From a virus (taxonomy: Duplodnaviria; Caudoviricetes), in IMG/VR virus record IMGVR_UViG_3300036982_000507, positions 1-39,960 of that record: a stretch of 39,960 bases of DNA, one strand, 5' to 3'. Positions within the stretch are counted from its first letter, which is position 1. Each line of letters opens with the position of its first letter. The notes under the pieces were generated by a model. That model worked only from the letters and a program-made list of their open reading frames with translations. It was not told the origin of the DNA and did no database searches. Below, piece by piece: positions 1 to 8,937 of this stretch. The position numbers and the translations under genes were made by a program.

Positions 1-160
1 ATCAGACGCGGTGACGTCGGACACCGCCACCCACACGCACGGTATCGGATGATCAACGCGTCGGCGGTGCTGGTCTGTGGGGTGGGGTACAGGTCGAGTT
101 GCACCGCTGGCATACCAGACCCCGCGACCAGTGGGGTGGTGCCGTTGGACTGGGCCCACG
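1..160. repeat. Terminal overlap, left copy (circular assembly overlap or terminal repeat)
   Basis: Identical to 39800-39960 except that the right copy has an extra G at 39834 (cccacGacgcac vs cccacacgcac). Confidence 0.97.
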
Positions 161-518
161 GCCGCGACATAGCGGCAAAGAACACGCTGCCGTCGAGCGA
201 GGGGTCGGTGGTGTTGCGCAGCAGTTCGATGTGGTCGGGCGTGGTAAGGTTTACAGACCACCCAAGCCCCGCCTTGCACACCAGACTGACGATTTCTTCC
301 GCGTCCCCAGGAAGCGCCGCCCAGTTCTGGGCCGCAACAAGGGTCACGGGGCGGGCGGTCCGTTCACGAAACTTCCACGGCTTGCTGAACAGGAACGTCG
401 CCGACTGGTTGATGATTTCGGCAATTCGTTGGTCTTTCGTCACCCCTGTAACGATCGACGGCTGGCCACCAAGGGCCAGCAGAATGTGTTGTTTGAGCCC
501 TCCGTACGTCAGTGCCAT
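1..518 (-). CDS. N-terminal part of head-tail adaptor/fibre fusion; continues across the origin into 38933-39960 (about 461 aa total)
   Basis: ATG at 518 after AGAGGA opens MALTYGGLKQHILLALGGQPSIVTG...AEIINQSATFLFSKPWKFRERT..., in frame with MPAVQLDLYP at 113. The IN...W.F and LYP.P motifs and the position after capsid genes fit podovirus adaptor proteins. Missing from the ORF track because it runs off the contig end. Confidence 0.8.
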   Translation of the reverse strand, partial: MALTYGGLKQHILLALGGQPSIVTGVTKDQRIAEIINQSATFLFSKPWKFRERTARPVTLVAAQNWAALPGDAEEIVSLVCKAGLGWSVNLTTPDHIELLRNTTDPSLDGSVFFAAMSRPWAQSNGTTPLVAGSGMPAVQLDLYPTPQTSTADALIIRYRACGWRCPTSPRL

Positions 519-519
519 G

Positions 520-1230
520 TTATCCTCTGTTAGACCCAAACACGATGCCGTCAAACAAGACGGTGGGACGGGACACGTAGCCACGGTAGCCACTGGTCAG
601 CGTAAACGTTGGCACCAGCGGCAACGCAATGTCGGTGAGCAAGATGCCGAGCCCGACTTGGTCAACGGCGGTGGTGTAGGTAGACCCCGCAAGCGACGTG
701 GTCAGCCCGCAGAACTCTTGCGGATCGGCTGCGAAACTGCCGTTGCGGTCCACGTCGGGGTCTAAATATTCGGCCTGCAAAGCAGACGCGAGCGGGGACG
801 CGGTAACGTCGTTTACAAACAGCGTGTTGCCCTTGGCAATGGTGGTTGCCGCGTTAGCACTCCCCCGAAAGTACACCACCCGTGGGGTACACACCCCACG
901 CACGCAGACCACCACCCGTTGGCCCACGTTGCCCCCCTTTGTGACCACAGCAAACACCCCAGCGCGCAACTTGTCTACTAAAGTAGAGTCGTACCGTGTA
1001 AACATTCGGCCACCGACCACGTTAAACCCCGAGAACTTCTTGTCAAACCGAAGCAGGTCAGCAACCACCGCCGTGGGAAACGTGTCAAGCGACGTCATCC
1101 CCGACAAGTCAAAGCACACCACGTCGCCCTCGCGTAGCGGATAAAGTGACCCGTTGATAGCGGTGGTGGTAATGGTCTGGGGCGCGACGCCGCCAAACGC
1201 GTTTGCGGGGCTGGTGCATCCAGAAATCAT
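520..1230 (-). CDS. Capsid decoration/cement-like protein, paralog 3
   Basis: Shares GDVVxFDL, FNVV, GxFAVV and CVxG motifs with the two upstream ORFs; ATGA overlap with paralog 2; lies after the capsid gene. Confidence 0.65.
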   Translation of the reverse strand: MISGCTSPANAFGGVAPQTITTTAINGSLYPLREGDVVCFDLSGMTSLDTFPTAVVADLLRFDKKFSGFNVVGGRMFTRYDSTLVDKLRAGVFAVVTKGGNVGQRVVVCVRGVCTPRVVYFRGSANAATTIAKGNTLFVNDVTASPLASALQAEYLDPDVDRNGSFAADPQEFCGLTTSLAGSTYTTAVDQVGLGILLTDIALPLVPTFTLTSGYRGYVSRPTVLFDGIVFGSNRG

Positions 1231-1730
1231 GCGCCGTTGGACCCGATTGCGTACCCGCTGAGCAGCACAGGGGTGATGGCGTTTGCGCTAACGGTTTGGA
1301 CCAACACAACCGCCACAGCGGGCCATTCGCCGTTAACTGTTGGGGTAAATGACTTTGCGGTTATTGCTGATGCAGACACTGTCACCCCTGCGGCTATGCT
1401 TGCGGCTAGAATCTTTGCGTTGCACAGCCCGCCGATGCACACCTTTGCCCGCTTCCCCGCGCGCACGTCGGCCATGACCACGCCGAAGATGCCATTTTCA
1501 TGGTTTGACGTCAGCGTGCCCCCGCCCGAAATCACCACGTTGAACGGGCATTTCTTGTGGTTGTAGTTGGTCAACTGCGCGGCGTCGGTGTAGGTGGCGT
1601 TTGTCGACTTGAGGTCAAACATCACCACATCGCCCAACAGAAAGTCTTCCGCCGCAATCGGTTCAACAATCACCGTGGCGGGCTGGAGCCCGCCGAACAT
1701 GCCCGCTGGTGTGACGATTGAACTCGACAT
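1227..1730 (-). CDS. Capsid decoration/cement-like protein, paralog 2
   Basis: Start re-assigned to ATG 1730 (MSSSIVTPAG) after GGAG; motifs GDVVMFDL, KCPFNVV, GIFGVV, VCIGG. Confidence 0.7.
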   Translation of the reverse strand: MSSSIVTPAGMFGGLQPATVIVEPIAAEDFLLGDVVMFDLKSTNATYTDAAQLTNYNHKKCPFNVVISGGGTLTSNHENGIFGVVMADVRAGKRAKVCIGGLCNAKILAASIAAGVTVSASAITAKSFTPTVNGEWPAVAVVLVQTVSANAITPVLLSGYAIGSNGA

Positions 1731-1740
1731 AGTCTGCTCC

Positions 1741-1775
1741 AAGAAATCCAGTGGGCGGCTTTCGCCGCCCACTGG
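1741..1775 (-). terminator. Intrinsic terminator-like hairpin after decoration paralog 1
   Basis: Perfect 12-bp stem CCAGTGGGCGGC-GAAA-GCCGCCCACTGG (1748-1775) followed by ATTTCTT on the minus strand. Confidence 0.8.
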
Positions 1776-1785
1776 GGGTTGTTGT

Positions 1786-2319
1786 TTACGCGCCGCCGAT
1801 GGCGAAGGCGTAGCCGTGAAACAGCACCTTCATCGTCAGCGTTTGGCTTGTAGTCGAAGCCGTAAACGCAATGCCAAGCGGTGCGCCGTTGTTGGTACCC
1901 GCCGCTGGAGTAACCAGCGCAGGGACCAGCACACCAGCGCCGTTTGTAAGCACGGTTTGGCCTGCCACCGTTAGGTTAGTGCTGGCCGTAGTGGTGACCT
2001 TTGCGTCAACAAACCCGCTGACGCAGACCGTGCACCGCTCGCCAGCGGCTGCGGCCTTGGTCACCACGGCAAACACGCCGCCGTGGCCAGCGCCTGCGGC
2101 TGATGGAACAACCGCAAGAACAACCACGTTGAACGGGCACGTCTTGTCGTCAAAGTCGTTGATCTTTGCAACAACGGTGTAGGTCGAGTTTGTGGCCGAG
2201 AGGTCGAACATGACAAGATCGCCGACCGCCACCGCAACGGCCGCGATGGGGGTTGTGGTGATTTGGTGGGGGCTGAGCCCCCCGAGATTTCCTGTCGGAC
2301 AAATGATTCCTGGAATCAT
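1786..2319 (-). CDS. Capsid decoration/cement-like protein, paralog 1
   Basis: ATG 2319 (MIPGIICPTG) after AAGGA; Ala/Val/Thr/Gly-rich beta protein directly downstream of the capsid gene; motifs GDLVMFDL, TCPFNVV, VCVSG. Confidence 0.7.
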   Translation of the reverse strand: MIPGIICPTGNLGGLSPHQITTTPIAAVAVAVGDLVMFDLSATNSTYTVVAKINDFDDKTCPFNVVVLAVVPSAAGAGHGGVFAVVTKAAAAGERCTVCVSGFVDAKVTTTASTNLTVAGQTVLTNGAGVLVPALVTPAAGTNNGAPLGIAFTASTTSQTLTMKVLFHGYAFAIGGA

Positions 2320-2341
2320 GGAAGTTTCCTTTGGTTTGGGG

Positions 2342-3667
2342 TCAGGAGCAAACAAGTGGGGCAACAATGCCGTGACGCTGACGCGAGTTGCAGAACAAGT
2401 TTGACCAGCAGTCCACGGGCTGAACGTAGGTGAACGGCTGGTTGGGGTGGCGCAACACTTCGTGCTGCTTAAAGTAACGCTTGGCGTGGAAGATTGGCGT
2501 GAGGTAGTTGCCGTTCACAAAGAAGAAACGCGGCGCCTTGACAATCGTGTTCGTACCCTCTTCGGTGCCAAACGCTGAAAATGCACCAGCAGCACCCGTA
2601 ACACCGTTGTACCCAGCAAGGGATTGGGTTACAGCACCGCTGTGTGCGGGGAAGATTGCAGCGGTGTCGAGGTCTGAGCAGTAGGTCACGTCGATGCCCG
2701 CGTACTGCGGCGACGAGTACGACGCGTCTTGGTACGACACAAGGGTGTCGTTGGACGCCCGCAACGCGTTGCGGTACATCTGCGTACCCGACCGACTGGT
2801 CAGGATCATTTGACGGTTCAGCGAGTCTTTTTCAAAGTACTGCTGCCGCGTGGACGGTGCCTCGTACTTCAGACGCATAAACATCAGGTCCATTGCGTTA
2901 AAGACGTTGCTGACATTTGGCGTATGGGTACCGCCTTGTGCGTACACCGTGTTTGAGGTTAACGCCGTTGCCGTGGTATTCTGCCACGTGGTGCCCAGCG
3001 GGGTCCGCGCGGTGCTGACTGCGTCGTACAACTCAACGGCGTTGGTCCATCGGGTTTCGGTCGCGGGGCTGATGCGCATCACGTTGGTCGTCGTGTTGGC
3101 CGACGCGTGGAACGGCTTGGTGCCGCGCTGGCCCAACACGCCGCCGAGGTTGGTGCCCAACTCGGTGATGAAGTATGGCAGCGAGTAGGGCAACTTGCCC
3201 GTGTCGTCTTCCATGTTGGCGGGGGACGGTGGGGCCCACAAGTCTTCCTCAAACCCGTTGAGCATGGACGTCCACATCCGCTGCTCTTTGATCCGCTTGA
3301 GACGCTTGTACGCGGCCTTGGTGCTGGCGCCCGTCTCGCCTGTGTTGAGTTCGACTTCGGCGTCGGTCCATGTCATGTAGTCCAAATGGAAACGCCACGG
3401 CGCACGGACGTATTCCGTGACCTGTGGGTTGCGCCACGTGAACGTGTCGTTGGGCTGGTAGTGGTCGTAGGTGCGCGAGTCGTCAAACATGATGACGTCG
3501 CGGATCTCGGTGCCGCCTTGGATGGTTTGTTCGCTGGTCTTGCCCTTGAGCAAGCGGGAGAACGCGTAGGTGTTCTTCACGGCCTCGTTGATCACGGAAT
3601 CTGCACTGGTCAGATACGCGGGACCCGTGGTCGTCATAAAGTCGTTGAACGTAGTAATTGAAGGCAT
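2342..3667 (-). CDS. Major capsid protein
   Basis: 441 aa after the scaffold, GAGG RBS; N-terminal GGTEIRDVIM..Y.P.DTF...APW...EVELNTG and C-terminal NLFCNSRQRHG patterns resemble a widespread podovirus HK97-fold capsid family. Confidence 0.88.
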   Translation of the reverse strand: MPSITTFNDFMTTTGPAYLTSADSVINEAVKNTYAFSRLLKGKTSEQTIQGGTEIRDVIMFDDSRTYDHYQPNDTFTWRNPQVTEYVRAPWRFHLDYMTWTDAEVELNTGETGASTKAAYKRLKRIKEQRMWTSMLNGFEEDLWAPPSPANMEDDTGKLPYSLPYFITELGTNLGGVLGQRGTKPFHASANTTTNVMRISPATETRWTNAVELYDAVSTARTPLGTTWQNTTATALTSNTVYAQGGTHTPNVSNVFNAMDLMFMRLKYEAPSTRQQYFEKDSLNRQMILTSRSGTQMYRNALRASNDTLVSYQDASYSSPQYAGIDVTYCSDLDTAAIFPAHSGAVTQSLAGYNGVTGAAGAFSAFGTEEGTNTIVKAPRFFFVNGNYLTPIFHAKRYFKQHEVLRHPNQPFTYVQPVDCWSNLFCNSRQRHGIVAPLVCS

Positions 3668-3682
3668 AGGGGCCTCTGTGGG

Positions 3683-4564
3683 TTAGCGGGACATGGCTTT
3701 GAAAGCGTCTTGACGGTTGCCACCCGCCAGCAGGATGTCGAGCACCGCGTCTTCGCGGTCCACCGCGTTCACAGGCCGTGGCGTGGGTCGTCCGACCGTG
3801 GGCCTGCCTGTGTTGCGTGGATCGGGTTTCTTCGGCGCGTCGCCCATTCGCTGGCGAAAGGCTTCGTGAACGATTTCGGAAATGGATGAGAATTGATTGG
3901 GGTTCTCGCGCCCAATCGTCGCTGCCACTGTGCTGATCTCGTCGAACGTCGGGGCGTTGCGCCCGTAGTCCGCTGCAAAGCGGTGGTACGCGGCCTGTGC
4001 CTCGTACTTGGTTTCCATCAACCGCGACTTCTCGTCGAACTCGGCGCGAAGACGGTTGGTGATGTCGCGCAAAGGCTTTGCGGCCTCGTCGCCAAAGATT
4101 TCGCCAAACACGGACAACGGATCAGCGTCCGATTCGTTGTCGCCGCTGTGGGCCGAGCCGCTGGGCGTGACCACACCGCTGCCGTCTGGTGTGTGCGCGA
4201 GCGGTTTCTTGGCATCCGCCCCCGTTCGTGCACCAAACGCGTCCACATCGGCCTGACGCTTTGCCGCTTTCAACCCCCACTCCTTCACCTTGGAAGGGTC
4301 GGACTTGATCATGGCAATGACATCGGCTGGGACGCCGTCACGCTGCAAAGCCTTCAACGCACGATCGTATTCAACGTCGTTTGTTGGAGCAGACAGCGAC
4401 GGCGTGAGAATGTCCCGCTGTGGGGCGGGCTCGTCGGCGGCAAACAATCGGTCAAGCACAGCGTCTTCGGATTCGGAGTTGTCCGTGGTTACGGCTTCCT
4501 TCGCAAACGCTTGTACAGGGTCGATGTCGTCTGGCGTTACTGGGTTGAGACTGGGTTCTGGCAT
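3683..4564 (-). CDS. Putative capsid scaffolding protein
   Basis: Acidic/disordered N-terminus, helical core, Pro/Arg linker and C-terminal helix; located between portal and capsid genes. Confidence 0.7.
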   Translation of the reverse strand: MPEPSLNPVTPDDIDPVQAFAKEAVTTDNSESEDAVLDRLFAADEPAPQRDILTPSLSAPTNDVEYDRALKALQRDGVPADVIAMIKSDPSKVKEWGLKAAKRQADVDAFGARTGADAKKPLAHTPDGSGVVTPSGSAHSGDNESDADPLSVFGEIFGDEAAKPLRDITNRLRAEFDEKSRLMETKYEAQAAYHRFAADYGRNAPTFDEISTVAATIGRENPNQFSSISEIVHEAFRQRMGDAPKKPDPRNTGRPTVGRPTPRPVNAVDREDAVLDILLAGGNRQDAFKAMSR

Positions 4565-4567
4565 ACG

Positions 4568-4858
4568 TCAGTCCTTCTCAAATCCGTGGCGGGACATGAT
4601 TTCTCGTTCATGCCGCTTCGACTGGACAATGGGCTTGCCAAGGGGGGTGTGTTTGCAGCCCTCCAACTTGCGCGGCAGTGCCGTGCTGGCGTAGGGGTAC
4701 TGGCTGCGACACGTGCCGCCATCGACTTGCACCATACTTGCGATACGGGTCAACTGCTGCCCGTTGTGCATGATGTTATCGCCAATTGACACCGCGTCTG
4801 CCATTGACATTGAAATTTCGACAACATTTTGATCAGGGTCTAAGAATTCGTATTTCAT
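4568..4858 (-). CDS. Hypothetical 96-aa head-module protein (MKYEFLDPDQ...)
   Basis: ATGA overlap with the portal stop; the real start lies inside the track ORF 4568..5356; GKPIVQSKRHEREIM resembles small proteins often found after portals. Confidence 0.75.
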   Translation of the reverse strand: MKYEFLDPDQNVVEISMSMADAVSIGDNIMHNGQQLTRIASMVQVDGGTCRSQYPYASTALPRKLEGCKHTPLGKPIVQSKRHEREIMSRHGFEKD

Positions 4859-6660
4859 CGCATCCCTCTGTTGGCCGCGCCTTGGATCCCTGCAAGGCTG
4901 CTTGCGGGGATGGGCGACGGCTCGTTCATGGCGTTTCGTGGCGGGCCACCGCCGCTTGGGGGCATCGCGCCGCCACCGCTTGGTGGTGCGGGTTGTTGCT
5001 GTTGTTGCTGTTGTTGTTGCATCGCTGCGGCCATGCCCTGCTGGTCGATGGCGTCGGCAAGGTGTGGCATGTTGAGCGCGTCGCCCACCGTGGACAAGAT
5101 CTCGCCCCATTTGATGAACGGCATGGTCATCATCCCCTGCGCCACGCTGGTGGTGATTTGCAGCAATTCCATTGCACGCTTCTGGACCAGCGCTTCGGAC
5201 ACCCGTTCCATGCTGTACGCGTCGACGGCTACTTCCAAATCTTCCCACCCGCTTGCGCGGACACCGCCTTGGAACAACGGGGCGGCTTCCATCAACCGCT
5301 CCGCACCCTCGCGGCCCAGCGGGAACACGATGCGGTCGTCGTGCCACATAAACCACAGCACCGATCGGCCGAGGTCGTCGACCGCTTCTTGAAACTGACG
5401 CTTTAGATGGGCCATGCGCATGGTGGCGCTGCTTTCGGCAACAGCCACTTCGGTCGCGGTCGCGGTGCCGCTGATGTTGCCACGCATCGCGTCGTGGATG
5501 CCCGACACGCGGTCGAGTCGGTCTTGCGCCATTTGCGAGTACTGGACCTGTTGCTGGGTGATGCCGCCCACTTCAAGATTGACCACCTTGTCTTTGTCAA
5601 GGCTTTCGCTGAGCACGATGTAGTCGTGTGGTCGGTCTTTGAGATCCTGCGCCAGTTTGTGGTTGCGGCTGTCGACCATGATCAACCGCTTGTACGCGGC
5701 GGCGCTGGACCGCACGCTTGCCAAGTGGGCGTTGAGGTCGGTGACCTGCGACTGGATCGCCATCAACGGGGACAGCGGGTACGGGTCGTCGGGCACGGTG
5801 TAGACCCCGAACATGGTGTATGGTCCGTTGCGTGGGCCAAAGTACGGCATCGGCGCGCGGATGTACCCGTCAAACTTTGTGGTCTTTGATCGGCCCTTCA
5901 CAAAGGTGTAGATGGTGCCGTTGACCATGCTTTGGCCCATCGCGTCGTCAAGTTGCTCGGCCAGATCGTTGCCCATCTCGGGCACCCACACCTCGTAGAC
6001 CCCCATTTCTTGGCGGTCTTGTCCGTTGCGCCCGCTGTCGTCGCGGACGTCGTTGAGATCGGTGTTGGGCGGGATTTCGGTGATGGCGTCGTAGTCCCAC
6101 GACGGGTCGGTTTCGGCCTTGGCCAGCAGGTCCGACTTGTCGATGGCGTAGCAGTGGCCCATGTACCGCGCGTCTTCGATGTGGGTCGCGGTGGGGTCGA
6201 TGAAGAACCGTTCGGGCGAGATGCGGTACACCCGTGGCAGGTACGGCTCGTCTTTGTCGGTTTGTCGGAATTCGGCACGGGGCTCGCTGACCGTCAGCCC
6301 CACCCCGTACGCAAACAACATGTCGGTGGCGATCCGCTCCAGCGTGCGACGCAGTTTGGTGATGCGGCTCCATCGGTTGATCGCGATTTGCAACCGCTTG
6401 CCCACCATCAATTCCATCATCGGGTCGCCCAACTTCACCCGAAACTTTGGGGTGTCGTGGATGATGCGGGGCAGCACCAGCGACAGGTACTCATGGCCAA
6501 AGTTCTCGGCGTCGTCGATGTACGCGTCGCATCGGTCCTCGCGAAACGCGGGGCCGTGGTACCGCTCCACCATAGTCCGAAACGATGCAAGGTGCACGTC
6601 GCGAAACCGCTCCGCGCTGTCAATTTCCAAACGAAGTTTGTCAAACGACATGTCCAGCAT
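4855..6660 (-). CDS. Portal protein
   Basis: About 600 aa downstream of terL; RISPERFFIDP, DRVSGIHDAMRG and TATATE motifs typical of P22-like portals; Gln/Pro-rich tail. Start taken at MLDMSFDK. Confidence 0.9.
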   Translation of the reverse strand: MLDMSFDKLRLEIDSAERFRDVHLASFRTMVERYHGPAFREDRCDAYIDDAENFGHEYLSLVLPRIIHDTPKFRVKLGDPMMELMVGKRLQIAINRWSRITKLRRTLERIATDMLFAYGVGLTVSEPRAEFRQTDKDEPYLPRVYRISPERFFIDPTATHIEDARYMGHCYAIDKSDLLAKAETDPSWDYDAITEIPPNTDLNDVRDDSGRNGQDRQEMGVYEVWVPEMGNDLAEQLDDAMGQSMVNGTIYTFVKGRSKTTKFDGYIRAPMPYFGPRNGPYTMFGVYTVPDDPYPLSPLMAIQSQVTDLNAHLASVRSSAAAYKRLIMVDSRNHKLAQDLKDRPHDYIVLSESLDKDKVVNLEVGGITQQQVQYSQMAQDRLDRVSGIHDAMRGNISGTATATEVAVAESSATMRMAHLKRQFQEAVDDLGRSVLWFMWHDDRIVFPLGREGAERLMEAAPLFQGGVRASGWEDLEVAVDAYSMERVSEALVQKRAMELLQITTSVAQGMMTMPFIKWGEILSTVGDALNMPHLADAIDQQGMAAAMQQQQQQQQQPAPPSGGGAMPPSGGGPPRNAMNEPSPIPASSLAGIQGAANRGMR

Positions 6661-6664
6661 GTGT

Positions 6665-6835
6665 TTACTTCTTTCCGCCGCCGCCAACGGCTAGCGACGC
6701 TTTCAGGGCAATTGCTTTCCGCACAACGGGTGCCATCGCGCGGTTGCCGCCGCCGCCTTTGGCACCGCCAACACCGCCGCCCTTTGCACCGCTCTTTGCA
6801 CCGCCGCCGCCGTACCGTGAGTTTGCTTTCGCCAT
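6665..6835 (-). CDS. 56-aa Gly/Lys-rich basic peptide
   Basis: MAKANSRYGGGGAKSGAKGGGVGGAKGGGGNR...GGGGKK; GAAGGG RBS; fills the gap between HNH and portal. Confidence 0.7.
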   Translation of the reverse strand: MAKANSRYGGGGAKSGAKGGGVGGAKGGGGNRAMAPVVRKAIALKASLAVGGGGKK

Positions 6836-6857
6836 GACTGTTGCCCTTCGTTTGTGG

Positions 6858-7079
6858 TTAGTGCTTGCGCCTATTTTGAGACTTTGGCACCACGCGCAGG
6901 TTTGACTTCCTGTTGTCGCGTGGGTTGCCGTTGACGTGGTCCACGTCGTTGCCGTCGCCTTTGCGCGCACGGCCGCTGGCCACAGCAGACCGCCGCGCCG
7001 CGTTGCGCGACGCGCGGTCCGCCTTCGCCGATTCCGACGAATGGAACTTGTCGTACGCTTTGCGGTAATTCACCGCCAT
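6858..7079 (-). CDS. HNH endonuclease (terminase-associated type)
   Basis: DVDHVNGNPRDNRKSNLRVVPKSQNR is an HNH/HNN motif; TGATG coupling to the upstream peptide gene. Confidence 0.85.
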   Translation of the reverse strand: MAVNYRKAYDKFHSSESAKADRASRNAARRSAVASGRARKGDGNDVDHVNGNPRDNRKSNLRVVPKSQNRRKH

Positions 7080-7207
7080 CAGCGTTTGCCCGACTTCTTC
7101 ACACCCTTGGCACCGCCCTTCGCGCCGCCCTTGGCCCCATTCTTTGCGCCACCCGTTCCACGTGGAACGCCGCTGCTGCGTGGTGGCTGTTTGTCGGACC
7201 TGCTCAT
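7079..7207 (-). CDS. 42-aa Gly/Lys-rich basic peptide (below ORF-track cutoff)
   Basis: Read from the sequence: MSRSDKQPPRSSGVPRGTGGAKNGAKGGAKGGAKGVKKSGKR; starts 11 nt after the terL stop and its stop overlaps the HNH start. Confidence 0.65.
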   Translation of the reverse strand: MSRSDKQPPRSSGVPRGTGGAKNGAKGGAKGGAKGVKKSGKR

Positions 7208-7218
7208 GCTTGAATAAT

Positions 7219-8937
7219 TCATCGAAAGACCTCGTTGTGGTGCAGTATTACACCAAGTGAATTTCCTGGCAATGGGTCAACAGAACGTTCTGGGCCCACC
7301 CCTTCCTCGCACAGCATAAGCGCTCCTGCCAGTGCAATGACACGATCTCCGTGAGATTCTCGCGCTCCGCTAGAAATATCTCGGACGCTCGCGGCCTCGA
7401 TAGACCCGTCGTCGAGGATGACGTAGTCCAACATTTCGCGCAACGTGTCTTCGCTGGGGATCCGAATGTCGCCCTGCGAAATGGCACGGCTGAGACTGCC
7501 CAGCAGCGTGCGCTTGGCACGGCGGCTGCTGTTCCACCCAATCCGCACCGTCAACCGTTCGGTGGTGGTGCCCACAATCCGCTGTCGGTACACACTGGTG
7601 TACCCGATGCGCTGAAAGTCGTGGTGCAACGCGGCCCCTGGTCCGTTAACCTCCCACCCAATCAGCGGGTGCCGACGGCCACGGTACGCCGTCATCGCCA
7701 CGTCGACCATTTCCAGCGCCAAGTCGTGGGGCGGGATGTTGGGGTCGGCAAACTCGGCCACCACTTCACGGCTTTCGGCGTCCATCACACAAATCGCCGC
7801 GTTGGCCGAGCCTGTGCCGTACGACGGGTCGGCAAACATCACGTATTCGCGGTTGATGTCGCCGTTGCGGAACACACGCCACCGCCCGTGGGGGGACGAA
7901 ATCCACTTGCCGCGCAGCAATTCACACCGATCCGCAGGCATGGCGTATTCGTTCATGTGCGACGTGACCACGCTGGGGGTAAAGAAGTTGGACCCCGAGC
8001 CGACCTCGTTTGCAAACACATTCTGCGCCATGTCCACCGTGTCGCGGCGCTTTAACTGCTCCGACAGCCACGGGGTCCACACATACTCGCCACCCGCCGT
8101 GCCCGTCACACGGCCGTCGGTGTCGATCCGCGTTTCCGCGCCCAACCCCTTGGCGGGGTGGTCGGTGTACAGCAGTTCTACCAACCGTGGATCGCCTTGC
8201 GTGCGCGCCAGTCGGACCAGTGTGGCGTATTGGGTGCCGCTGCCCAACGGGGTGCTGACCGCAATACGGCACGCCGTCGCGTCTGCCGCCGATCGCCACG
8301 CCGCTTCGGCCTCGCCCATCGCCGCAAACTCGTCAAACACAATCATTGTGCGGCGTCCGCCACGTCCCACGTGCGCCGTACTCGCCTGACCCGCAATCGT
8401 AGCCCCCGACACAGGGTTTCGCAGCATCATGTGCTGCCGCGTGTCCGACCCACGGCGCAACAATTCTTCGTGGGGCATCGGCAACAGCCACGGGGGCTGG
8501 CACTGCAACAAATAGTCAACTTTCCACAGCAAACTGTCGGGATCTCCTGGCCTGTCCACGCCGTCTTCCACGCGGCTGACCAACAATGTTTGCCAGCCTT
8601 TGAACAACCACCCCCACGCGGCCACACTGGCCAACAACCACGACGCGCCCATGTCGCGGCTCTTGCGGACCACCACGTCACGACCCGTTTCTACACCCGA
8701 AATGATCTGCAACACCGCCGATTCCTGACACGGCCACAACACGTACGGCCGATGCGGCTTCTGGCTAGGGACTTCACGTCCTGTAACCATATCAACCTCC
8801 TTTGGCGCGTAGGTCCAGCCCGTGAGTTTAAGCCACAAACACATGTCGTCTATGAACAATGCCCGAAAGTCCGCCTGACTTTGTGACGTTGTCGTCGTGT
8901 CAAGGAATTTCTTGCGAATTTCTGCAATATTGTGCAT
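7219..8937 (-). CDS. terL: Terminase large subunit
   Basis: Walker A-type KSRDMGASW, GRGGRR, Walker B IVFDEFA, coupling motif VSTP, RNase H-type MFADPSYG and HGDRVIA. Confidence 0.95.
   Translation of the reverse strand: MHNIAEIRKKFLDTTTTSQSQADFRALFIDDMCLWLKLTGWTYAPKEVDMVTGREVPSQKPHRPYVLWPCQESAVLQIISGVETGRDVVVRKSRDMGASWLLASVAAWGWLFKGWQTLLVSRVEDGVDRPGDPDSLLWKVDYLLQCQPPWLLPMPHEELLRRGSDTRQHMMLRNPVSGATIAGQASTAHVGRGGRRTMIVFDEFAAMGEAEAAWRSAADATACRIAVSTPLGSGTQYATLVRLARTQGDPRLVELLYTDHPAKGLGAETRIDTDGRVTGTAGGEYVWTPWLSEQLKRRDTVDMAQNVFANEVGSGSNFFTPSVVTSHMNEYAMPADRCELLRGKWISSPHGRWRVFRNGDINREYVMFADPSYGTGSANAAICVMDAESREVVAEFADPNIPPHDLALEMVDVAMTAYRGRRHPLIGWEVNGPGAALHHDFQRIGYTSVYRQRIVGTTTERLTVRIGWNSSRRAKRTLLGSLSRAISQGDIRIPSEDTLREMLDYVILDDGSIEAASVRDISSGARESHGDRVIALAGALMLCEEGVGPERSVDPLPGNSLGVILHHNEVFR

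Noticed and set aside
4990-5020. CAA/CAG trinucleotide tract
   Set aside because: Encodes the poly-Gln disordered tail common in portals; mixed codons argue against a phase-variable repeat.
49-8886. Long plus-strand ORFs antisense to structural genes (e.g. 3893-4789, 5932-6837), and likewise 14028-15176, 15832-17268 and 36988-38094
   Set aside because: Shadow ORFs expected in high-GC DNA; no RBS or motifs, and the opposite strand has recognisable genes.
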